A stretch of DNA of 63,621 nucleotides, filler included, from Octopus bimaculoides (taxonomy: Eukaryota): the NCBI RefSeq assembly GCF_001194135.2. It is 6 parts of 5 records of this genome, joined end to end, with 100 filler letters (N's around TTAATTAATTAA, not from the genome) between each part and the next. Parts side by side here need not be neighbours in the genome. Positions count along the whole stretch, not along the records: positions 51,265 to 58,045 come from NC_068989.1; positions 58,146 to 60,352 come from NC_068983.1; positions 60,453 to 62,255 come from NW_026411153.1; positions 62,356 to 63,621 come from NC_068996.1; 2 more parts are not named here. One strand, given 5' to 3'. Made by a program: the position numbers and the translations under genes. This document shows, piece by piece, positions 53,976 through 63,621 of this stretch (the stretch's first letter is position 1; each line of letters opens with the position of its first letter). A model generated the notes under the pieces. That model ran no database searches and was not told where the DNA came from. It was given only the letters and a program-made list of their open reading frames with translations.

Positions 53976-55504
53976 TGATATGACATAGTATGTCATAAGT
54001 GTCTGTATATTGTCTTTATTGTCCTTTTGGTTGTAAAATAAACGGATAATTCAACATAGTACAGTGTCTGCAAGTTGATGAGCACCTNNNNNNNNNNNNN
54101 NNNNNNNNNNNNNNNNNNNNNNNNNNNNNNNNNNNNNNNNNNNNNNNNNNNNNNNNNNNNNNNNNNNNNNNNNNNNNNNNNNNNNNNNNNNNNNNNNNNN
54201 NNNNNNNNNNNNNNNNNNNNNNNNNNNNNNNNNNNNNNNNNNNNNNNNNNNNNNNNNNNNNNNNNNNNNNNNNNNNNNNNNNNNNNNNNNNNNNNNNNNN
54301 NNNNNNNNNNNNNNNNNNNNNNNNNNNNNNNNNNNNNNNNNNNNNNNNNNNNNNNNNNNNNNNNNNNNNNNNNNNNNNNNNNNNNNNNNNNNNNNNNNNN
54401 NNNNNNNNNNNNNNNNNNNNNNNNNNNNNNNNNNNNNNNNNNNNNNNNNNNNNNNNNNNNNNNNNNNNNNNNNNNNNNNNNNNNNNNNNNNNNNNNNNNN
54501 NNNNNNNNNNNNNNNNNNNNNNNNNNNNNNNNNNNNNNNNNNNNNNNNNNNNNNNNNNNNNNNNNNNNNNNNNNNNNNNNNNNNNNNNNNNNNNNNNNNN
54601 NNNNNNNNNNNNNNNNNNNNNNNNNNNNNNNNNNNNNNNNNNNNNNNNNNNNNNNNATATATATATATATATATATATACATATACATACACACGTAAAT
54701 ACATACATACATGCATGCATACATACATACATACATACAAAAATACACATACATATATAGTCGTCAGAACGTATTCAAATTAATAAATCAAATGTGTGTA
54801 GCTTTCTGTATCATGTGTCTCTATAAGTGTGCAAGTTTCTTAGGCTCTGTGTCTCCGATTAATTATTCGTTTGTGCCTGTACACGTTGCTGAGTTGCTAT
54901 ATACAGCAATATACACGTAGGTATTTTTCTCTATGTATGTATGTATGCGCGTGCATAAGTATCTATATATGCATGCGATATGCATGTGCGCATGTCCTTA
55001 TGTATTGTGTCATAATGGCAAGTGAGAGCCTCGTGTGGCGCTAAAATTCCAGAGAACTCGAGTTGCCGACCAAGATTCTATTCACAGTTGGAGCCCTCTT
55101 TAACTTACTTCACCTAATGTTGTTGGAAACGGTCTGAGTATGATAACACGCCGTATTTCTTTTCAGTCATGAAATTTGAGTCGTCGCCCCAGTATACATA
55201 CATAAATGTATGCGCGCAAACACACAGACACACACACGTGTGTGTATGTATGTATGCATGTATGTATGTATGCATGTATGTATATATGTGTGTGTGTGTG
55301 CGTGTCGGCGCACATGGTGTAGACGTGGCTGCGTGATAAGTTGTTTGCTTCCAAACCAGCATGGCACCTTGGGCAAGTTTCTCCAACTTTACCCTTGATA
55401 CACTTCTTATGTATGTATGTATGTATGTATGAGTGTATATATAAATATATATATGTATGTATGTATGTATGAGTGTATATATAAATATAATACGGCTTCA
55501 GCTG

Positions 55505-55848
55505 ATCTGATCAACGGAACAGCCTGCTCGTGAAATTAACGTGCAAGTGGCTGAGCACTCCACAGACACGTGTACCCTTAATGTAGTTCCCAGGAAGATT
55601 CAGCGTGACACAGAGTGTGACAAGGCTGGCCCTTTGAATTACAGGCACAACAGAAACAGGAAGTAAGAGTGAGAGAAAGTTGTGGTGAAAGAGTACAGCA
55701 GGGTTCGCCACCATCCCCTGCCAAAGCTTCGTGGAGCTTTAGGTGTTTTCGATCAGTAAACACTCACACCGCCCGATCTAGGAATCGAACCCGCGATCCT
55801 ACGACTGCGAGCCCTCTGTCCTAACTACTAGACCATTGCGCCTCCACA
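55505..55848 (-). mobile_element. SINE family E, near full length
   Basis: Minus-strand head gtggaggcgcaatggtctagtagttag..gggttcgattcc (A/B boxes). Confidence 0.85.
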
Positions 55849-56068
55849 TATATGTATGTATGTATGTATGTATCTATGTATGTACGTACGTACGTATATA
55901 CGACTGCATAATCGAAATTATGAAGCCACTGTAACACATCTGGTATATGTTTAATATACGTACTAAAATTATTAAGTCATTAATTGGTTTAATGTCAAAT
56001 TGTTTCTGTTATAACTCTGTGCGTTAGTAGAGATTAATTATATATTTCATTCTGTTTATAACTTATAT

Positions 56069-56116
56069 CTTGCCTGAAGATCCTGTACACCCACAGAGGA
56101 AACTCCTTGTAGCAGG
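56069..56116 (+). ncRNA. Minimal type-I hammerhead motif
   Basis: CUUGC-CUGAAGA-UCCUGU acaccc ACAGAG-GAAA-CUCCUUG-UA-GCAGG. Helix I 5 bp (one G:U), helix II CUGU/ACAG with an imperfect base. Confidence 0.65.
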
Positions 56117-56201
56117 TGACTGACTCAATCAAAATAATATATATTCATAAACGCATAATATTCAAAATATAATATATATGAATAATATAATATATAATAT
56201 T

Positions 56202-56248
<47 letters not shown>

Positions 56249-56344
56249 CAAATTTTAATATACCCCAGGGAAGTGGCAACTGGTTTAGCATCAACACATA
56301 TTAAAACTACTGTAAACCATTTAACAAGAATATATCGGTTTTAA

Positions 56345-56764
56345 CTTTTGGCACAAGGCCTGCAATTTTGTGGGAGGGGATCAGTTGATAACATCGACCC
56401 CAGTGTTCAACAGGTACTTATTTTATAGACCCCGAGATGATGAAAAGTAAAGATGACGTTGGCGGAATTTGAACTCAGAACGTGTGGACAGACGAAATGC
56501 CGCTAAGCATTTCGCCCTACGTGCTAACGATTCTGCCAATTCGCCGCCTTTTTTTTTTCAATAAAATATCCTTTTCTACGCTAGGCACAAGGCCCGATAT
56601 TTTGTGGGAGGGGGCCAGTCAATTAGATCGACACCAGTACGCAACTGGTACTTAATTTATCGACTCCGAAAGGCTGAAATGCAAAGTTGGCCTCGGCAGA
56701 ATTTGAACTCAGACGAAATACTGCTAAGCATTTCGCCCGGCGTGCTAACGTGCCAGCTAACCGC

Positions 56765-56767
<3 letters not shown>
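56345..56767 (-). mobile_element. Two tandem SINE family C copies
   Basis: ggcacaaggcc..atcgac.ccag..cggaatttgaactcag..gctaagcatttcgccc, twice. Confidence 0.9.
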
Positions 56768-56805
<38 letters not shown>

Positions 56806-57034
56806 AATAAAATATTAAAAGGATTAAATTATTTCTAATACACAAGTCATCGTTTACATAACACCTGGAATTCATTTTATAATTCAGAAATATGTTTAAT
56901 ATTTTCGCATTATTAGACAGATACGATTTCTTTCACGTCTAAACGCTGGCAATTGACTTCATTAATACCTACGGCGAACTCTGGGCAGTTACTGAAGGCA
57001 CGTGCCTTATACATACGTTTATACACACACATAG

Positions 57035-57079
<45 letters not shown>

Positions 57080-57239
57080 CACAGACATAAACATACACAC
57101 TAATGCATCCACACATATAAACATAAGTGAGAACATAATTTAACTCGCACGTTTTCTGTCCCTTACATTGTATGACATCAACGATCGTCTTTGTGTATTT
57201 TCAATGACATCATGTCTGTTTCTTAATTTACATTTTTCT

Positions 57240-57591
57240 CGCATCTTCATCATCATCATCATCGTCCTCTTCTTCTTCTTCTTCTTCTTCTTCTTTTTCT
57301 TCTTCTTCTTCTTCTTCTTCTTCTTCTTTTTCTTCTTCTTCTTCTTCTTCTTCTTCTTNNNNNNNNNNNNNNNNNNNNNNNNNNNNNNNNNNNNNNNNNN
57401 NNNNNNNNNNNNNNNNNNNNNNNNNNNNNNNNNNNNNNNNNNNNNNNNNNNNNCCCGCCGTTTCGTCTCCTGTCCCCCCCGTCTTACGAAAGTCCTCCCT
57501 TCTGCTTTTCGTCACCCACTGTCAGCGCCTCCAGCCCCGCCGCCAAAGCCACCACCACTACCACCACCACCACTACTACTACTACTACTAT

Positions 57592-57641
<50 letters not shown>

Positions 57642-58045
57642 CGTCATCATCTCCCCGAATTCACCACCACCACCACCACCACCACCACTATCATCACCAC
57701 CATCATCACCATTACCTTTAGCGTCACCACTGCCACTGCTACAATAACTTCATAACCTCCACCACCACCACCACCTCCACCACCAATAACAACAACAACA
57801 ACACTATCATCATCACTATTGCCTTCCCATCACAATCAGGGCATCATCATCATCATCATAAACATCATCATCAATTGCAGCCTTCAACTTCCCCCCTCTC
57901 CCACCCACACCCAAAATCAGCATCGCCATCACATCATTATTGCCGACCCCTTCAAGGCACCCTCCATCACCACATTTTCTCCCCACCCCTGCAACTACTA
58001 CCGACTCTGCCATCATAATTAGCCACCACCACCACCACCACCACC
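57240..58045. repeat. Compound trinucleotide tracts (TCA/TTC/CAC/TAC)
   Basis: Direct reading; source of the poly-F/L/T ORFs. Confidence 0.9.
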
Positions 58046-58145
58046 NNNNNNNNNNNNNNNNNNNNNNNNNNNNNNNNNNNNNNNNNNNNTTAATTAATTA
58101 ANNNNNNNNNNNNNNNNNNNNNNNNNNNNNNNNNNNNNNNNNNNN

Positions 58146-58234
58146 CAAGTGTCTTCTACTATAGCCTCAGGCCGACCAAAGCCTTGTGAGTGGATTTGGT
58201 AGATGGAAACTGAAAGAAGCCCGTCGTATATATG

Positions 58235-58269
<35 letters not shown>

Positions 58270-58490
58270 ATATATTTGTGTGTCTGTGTTTGTCCCCCCT
58301 AACTTCGCTTGACAACCGATGCTGGTGTGTTTACGTCCCCGTAACTTAGCGGTTCGGCAAAAAGAGTCCGATAGAATAAGTACTAGGCTTACAAAGAATA
58401 AGTCCTGGGGTCGATTTGCTCGACTAAAGTCGGTGCTGCAGCATGGCCGCAGTCGAATGACTGAAACAAGTAAAAGAGTAAAAGAGTATG
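58146..58490 (+). mobile_element. SINE family AB (body, internal microsatellite, tail)
   Basis: ggccgaccaaagccttgtgagtggatttgg..(TA/TG)n..gtttacgtccccgtaacttagcggttcgg..gcatggccgcagtc. Confidence 0.9.
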
Positions 58491-59104
58491 TGGAAGAAAT
58501 TGCAGGCAAATCTTTCTCAAATCACACCCTAAAATCTTTAAACATCGCTCTGTCTGCCTGCCTGCCTGCCCATCCATCTGTCTGTCTGTCAGTCGATCCA
58601 TCCGTCCATCCCTTCTACTATATAAATACAAGTGCATATGGTTATGTATATGTGTTTTACCCTAAAAGGCTCTGAAATGGTGCAGCACTGAGAAGAATGA
58701 ATTTCATTTTCAAAATCTGCATCCCAACAACAATGTTTCTCATAAATAATAATTACAAAAATATAATATACTATAAGAAATGACTCAACTTTTAGATCAC
58801 TAAATCTTCCACTCTCTATTTATCACCATCAACTTATCTCTCTAGATATTTACCATACTCTTTACATCATTCTCTCCATATATGTATTAACTCTCATGCA
58901 TAACTTTCATTTTGTTTAAAACCTTATCTTCTAATGTTTACTTTCATTTTATGACACACAACTTATCATGCACAAAATGTCTAGCTTCCAAATTCTTTTT
59001 TCTGATAGGGTGAAAATGGTCAAACTTTAAACCTCTGTAATATTTTACTAAAATTTTTCTGAAATAAATGAATCATAAACTTGGATTCATCATGAAAATG
59101 CACA

Positions 59105-59172
59105 TATACCATATTTGAAAATATACCATATTTGAAAATATACCATATTTGAAAATATACCACATTTGAAAA
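59105..59172. repeat. 17-bp minisatellite, 4 copies
   Basis: TATACCATATTTGAAAA three times plus one variant copy. Confidence 0.95.
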
Positions 59173-59474
59173 TTTTCACTTAATTTTAAAATTTTAGAAT
59201 CTGTGATAGCAACAGAAAAGGCCTCTTTCTCTCTATTTGCCTATCTCTTTCATTTTCTCATGGTAAACTTTCTCACCCTCTTTAAAAGTATATCACTCAC
59301 ATTGAGTGTGTGTATGTGTGTGTGTTTGTCAGTGTCTGTGTGTATGTATGTGTGTAAGGGGTTTATTTAAGGAGAGAGAGAGATTCAAAAATGTATGTAA
59401 AAGATGATTTATTTTAATAGAATACTTTTCTGTTAGTAAATATGTTTTTTCTCAGTTCTATATTTGAGAGATGA

Positions 59475-59940
59475 GGAATTATGTACATTATGTGCATACT
59501 CGACAGAGTATGTACCTTGAGAGAAAAGTTGGACCTAAGAAGCATCAGTTGTGGTGTGCAAGAGAGACCATTGTGCTGGTATGGTCACGTGGCGAGAATG
59601 GATGAGGATAGCTGTGTAAAAAAGGGCCACATCCTAGCGGTTGAGGGATCCTGTGGAAGAGGTAGGCCCAGGAAGACCTGGGATGAGGTGGTGAAGCACG
59701 ACCTTCGAACATTAGGCCTCACCGAAGCAATGACTAGTGACCAAGACCTTTGGAAATATGCTGTGCTTGAGAAGACCTGGCAAGCCAAGTGAGACCATAA
59801 CCCGTGGTCTTTGCCAGGGGTGTAACCAGCCCACTTATGCGTACCTTTCCCTCATTGGACACTAAACTCTGCTTGCGAAGACCTGTTGAGGCAAGTGAAA
59901 TCAAAATCGAACCAAATTCGATGACTGGCACCTGTGCCAA
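59475..59940 (+). mobile_element. RTE-clade LINE 3' end (RT C-terminus plus 3' UTR)
   Basis: LCWYGHVARMDEDSCVKK...VEGSCGRGRPRKTWDEVVKHDL. Confidence 0.9.
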
Positions 59941-59980
59941 CCTTTCCTTCATTAGAGAGATTTGTGCAGTAGTGATATGA

Positions 59981-60212
59981 TGAAGTAGTTGTATGCTGTC
60001 AACTTAATGTGACGGTCCTATGAAGGGAATAATACTACTATTGTTTAGACCTAGGAAGCTGCACCATTTCCTGTCTCCCCCTTGTAAACATAAGGACACG
60101 GGAAATGTGTCAAGGCCGACAGGAAGCGGTGCAGCTTCCTAGGTCTAAACAACAGTAGTATTATTCCCTTCATGGAACTGTCACATTTAGTTGACAGCAT
60201 ACAACTACTTCA
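59981..60212. mobile_element. Foldback / MITE-like element, 95-bp arms
   Basis: 59981-60075 is the near-perfect reverse complement of 60118-60212; 42-bp spacer. Confidence 0.85.
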
Positions 60213-60451
60213 AGTTTGACTCTGTTGCAATAATTCAAACCAGATTTCCAGTTTCTTCTTATATTTTCCTACCACTAATCTTGGAGGCCCTGAGAGAGAT
60301 TATGGGTGGTGACCCTCTTCCTCTAATCTTAATATATAAATCTGAAAATGTGNNNNNNNNNNNNNNNNNNNNNNNNNNNNNNNNNNNNNNNNNNNNTTAA
60401 TTAATTAANNNNNNNNNNNNNNNNNNNNNNNNNNNNNNNNNNNNNNNNNNN

Positions 60452-60720
60452 NGTCCACTGCATCTCACATAAGAACAAGATACTGCAGCAACCTCGGTTT
60501 CAAAGGACCTCAGCTCTTCAATGCCCTGCCAAAGCATTTGAGAGACATGCGAGACATGGATGCGGAGGTCTTCAAGACAAAACTCGACGCTTTCCTCTCC
60601 ACGATACCAGACGAACCAATGGCTCGAAATGAGACACAGTTTAGGGCAGCGACGTCAAATTCTCTTATACACCAGATGTGCCATCAAAACTCTAGATTGG
60701 ACTATAGCAGGTGCCGGAGA
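60452..60720 (+). mobile_element. CR1-like LINE extreme 3' coding end
   Basis: GFKGPQLFNALPKHLRD...FKTKLDAFLSTIPDEP...ATSNSLIHQ. Confidence 0.8.
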
Positions 60721-60877
60721 AGAGAGATGCAAGGAACGTGAAGAGAGCAAAGCATTAAGACGGTGGTGCTCCAGCATGACCACAGCCACTTGTTTGAAAC
60801 CCATAAATAAATAAAAAGTGTATACATATCTATGTATATGTATGTATGTGTATATTATATGTGTATATGCGTATATC

Positions 60878-60955
<78 letters not shown>

Positions 60956-61120
60956 AAAATAAGAGGAATGACCAGCAAAAGTGGACTCCTATATGCTAGA
61001 AATAGATGCCGAATCATCTAACCACCAAAAAAATATATGTTCTCAGTAAAAATTCAGCGACACAACAGACTGTAAAAGGGCAAGACAAACTAAAAAATAC
61101 AAAATAAAAAAACGATTAAC

Positions 61121-61185
61121 CTACGTACCATGGTTTCACCTGTTAAAATTTACATAAGTAAATATCTGCAGGATCGTCAGCGTAG
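61121..61185 (-). ncRNA. Type-I hammerhead motif (left arm)
   Basis: CUACG-CUGACGA-UCCUG[...]CAGGU-GAAA-CCAUGG-UA-CGUAG on the minus strand. Confidence 0.8.
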
Positions 61186-61231
61186 TCTGTCGATTTGCAA
61201 TAGAAGTTCCAGAACTAGACGCAAGACGTGT

Positions 61232-61296
61232 CTACGCTGACGATCCTGCAAATATTTACTTATGTAAATTTTAACAGGTGAAACCATGGTACGTAG
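61232..61296 (+). ncRNA. Type-I hammerhead motif (right arm)
   Basis: CUACG/CGUAG helix I, CUGACGA core, extended helix II (CCUG/CAGG plus AU stem), GAAA, palindromic CCAUGG, UA cleavage site after 61291. Confidence 0.8.
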
Positions 61297-62077
61297 GTTA
61301 ATCGTTTTTTCATTTAGTATTTTTTCATTTGTTTTGCCCTTTTACAGTCTGTTGTGTCTCTGAATTTTACTGTGAACATATATTCTTTACGTGGTTAGAT
61401 GATTCGGCATCTATTTCTAGCATATAGGAGTCCACTTTTGCTAGTCATTCCTCTTATTTTTGTATGTAATATAATTTTAATCTTCGGATTTTTTTAATAT
61501 GCTAGGCCACTGGTTCTAATTGATTAATATCAATTGCTACCCTTATNNNNNNNNNNNNNNNNNNNNNNNNNNNNNNNNNNNNNNNNNNNNNNNNNNNNNN
61601 NNNNNNNNNNNNNNNNNNNNNNNNNNNNNNNNNNNNNNNNNNNNNNNNNNNNNNNNNNNNNNNNNNNNNNNNNNNNNNNNNNNNNNNNNNNNNNNNNNNN
61701 NNNNNNNNNNNNNCCGTTAAAATTTCCACTTATTTCTTATTTTTATTTTCCTAAAATTTTCGTTGCGTCTTGCAACCTTTTCAATAGTCTTCACTCTGTC
61801 CGTTATTCACGTTGCATTCTGTTTTAGCTTTTTTGGGGGTTTTGCGCATGCGTGTGTCTCAGTGTGTGTGTATGTATGTATGTATGCATGTATGTGTGCA
61901 TGTGTGTGTATGTATGTATGTGTGTGTGTGCATATGTATATATGTATCTATGAGTGTGTATGTATATATGCATGTATGTGTGTGTTTGCATGTATGTATG
62001 TATGTATGTATGTATGTATTCTGCATTTGTGTGTGTTTTTTATGTATGTGTGTGCGTGTGTGTGTATGTATGCATGT

Positions 62078-62215
62078 ACCTCTGTTGAAGAGCGTAGCTC
62101 GAAACGTTAAAGACTATCCGTATTCCCGAGCGTCATACTAATACATCCTTTTGTTGTTTACACCACCTGTCGTCGTATGTTATTGTTTTTTTCGTACATT
62201 CTCCCATATATAAAA
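62078..62215 (+). repeat. Best copy of the hammerhead-variant repeat family
   Basis: CUGUUGA-A-GAGC gua GCUC-GAAA-CG-UU-AAAGAC plus conserved tail. Confidence 0.65.
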
Positions 62216-62355
62216 GCAACACGGATTTTCAAGGTTATTGCAGTACGCACGTTTCNNNNNNNNNNNNNNNNNNNNNNNNNNNNNNNNNNNNNNNNNNNNT
62301 TAATTAATTAANNNNNNNNNNNNNNNNNNNNNNNNNNNNNNNNNNNNNNNNNNNN

Positions 62356-62656
62356 CCCAGGACTTATTCTTTGTAAGCCTAGTACTTATTCTATCGGTCT
62401 CTTATTGCCGAACCGCTAAGTTACGAGGACGTAAACACACCAGCATCGGTGGGGGGATAAAGACACACACAAACGCACATACATATATACATATATACGA
62501 CGGGCTTCTTTCAGTTTTCGTCTACCAAATCCACTCACAAGGCTTTGGTCGGCCCGAGACTATAGTAGAAGACACTTGCCCAAGGTGCCACGCAGTGGGA
62601 CTGAACCCGGAACCATGTGGTTGGTAAGCAAGCTACTTACCACATAGCCACTCCTC
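62356..62656 (-). mobile_element. SINE family AB
   Basis: Young-looking copy; head ends ...cttaccacatagccactcctc. Confidence 0.9.
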
Positions 62657-62785
62657 TGGCTTTGAATTCATCATGCGTTATCTCATTTGTAATATTTTTG
62701 CTGCTTTTAAATAAAGCATATTACTCTAACTCTAGTATTTGAGTACTCTTTTTTCCACCTTGTTTCACATTTATGTGCTTACTCT

Positions 62786-63045
62786 GAGGAGTGGCTGTGT
62801 GGTAAGTATATATATATGTATGTGTGTGTGTGTGTGTTTGTGTGTCTGTATTTGTCCCCCCAACATCGTTTGACAACCGATGCTGGTGTGTTTACGTCCC
62901 CGTAACTTAGCGGTTTGACAAAAGCGACCAATAGAATAAGTACTAGGCTTACAAAGAATAAGTCCTGGGGTCGATTTGCTCGACTAAAGGTGGTGCTCCA
63001 GCATGGCCAGTCAAATGACTGAAACAAATAAAAGAGTAAAAAAGT
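62786..63045 (+). mobile_element. SINE family AB, internally deleted
   Basis: gaggagtggctgtgtggtaagta joined directly to the microsatellite and tail. Confidence 0.85.
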
Positions 63046-63074
63046 ATATATATATATATATATATTATCTTTTA

Positions 63075-63362
63075 TCTTTTACCTGTTTCAGCCATTAGAC
63101 TGTGGCCATGCTGTGGCCATGCCTTGAAGAACTTTTAGGTGAACGTATCAACCCCAGTACTTTTTAAAGCCTGGTACTTATTGTATCGATCTCTTTTGCT
63201 GTTATATACGACAGGCTTCTTTCATTTTCCGTCTACCAAATCCGCTCACAAGGTATTGGTTGGCCTGAGGCTATTGTAGAAGACACTTGCCCAAGGTGCC
63301 ACACAGTGGGACTCAACCTAGACCCATGTGGTTCGGAAGCAAGCTTTTTACCACACAGCCAT
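63075..63362 (-). mobile_element. SINE family AB
   Basis: Tail reverse complement followed by gacacttgcccaaggtgccacacagtgggac..ttaccacacagcc. Confidence 0.85.
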
Positions 63363-63363
63363 G

Positions 63364-63621
63364 CATCATCATCATCATCATCATCATCGTTTAACATCCG
63401 CTTTCCATGCTAGCATGCGTTGGACGATTTGATTGAGGACTGGTGAAACCAGATTGCAACACCAGGCTCCAATCTAATTTGGCAGAGTTTCTACAGCTGG
63501 ATGCCCTTCCTAATGCCAACCACTCAGAGAGTGTAGTGGGTGCTTTTACGTGTCACCCACATGAAGGTCAGTCAGGTGGTACTGGCAACGGCCACGCTCG
63601 AAATGGTGTCTTTTATGTGCC
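63364..63621 (-). mobile_element. RTE-type 3' tail with (GAT)n end
   Basis: Minus strand gtggttggcattaggaagggcatccagctgtagaaac...gttaaacgatgatgatg. Confidence 0.7.

Larger units (their letters stand above)
60951..61465. mobile_element. Foldback element with ~235-bp inverted arms, each starting with a hammerhead
   Basis: 60951-61185 and 61232-61465 are reverse complements with scattered differences; 46-bp unique spacer. Confidence 0.9.

Noticed and set aside
45510-63621. Search for the LDLa exon expected after CUB2
   Set aside because: No C-F-C/CI..L.CNG..NC..DE pattern found in the sequenced bases; it lies in a gap or beyond the window.
1-63621. CRISPR arrays, rRNA, genuine tRNA genes, prokaryotic operons
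   Set aside because: None seen; tRNA-like A/B boxes all belong to SINE heads.

Overview
AT-rich, microsatellite-saturated and gap-rich eukaryotic DNA. The SINE families and repeat density point to a cephalopod (Octopus-like) genome; this is inference. The only protein-coding signal I can support is a + strand CUB-domain gene resembling Neto (neuropilin/tolloid-like glutamate-receptor auxiliary subunit). It is represented by exons 43759-43907 and 45278-45509 and a probable 33-nt linker micro-exon at 34056-34088. No CUB1 or LDLa exon is visible, so most of the window is probably giant introns. These are filled with decayed mariner/Tc1/maT transposons, RTE, CR1-like and Penelope retroelement fragments, several tRNA-headed SINE families and an ancient ~41-bp tandem array. 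The most unusual signal is a set of minimal type-I hammerhead-ribozyme (HHR) motifs of at least four different designs. They include a fully canonical one with a very long helix II (47254-47359, minus), a 515-bp foldback element carrying two back-to-back hammerheads (60951-61465), and a three-copy family whose core is consistently CUGU(C/U)GA instead of CUGANGA. All ribozyme calls come from manual folding; none has been tested. The long ORFs in the supplied track are almost all N-gap or microsatellite artefacts.
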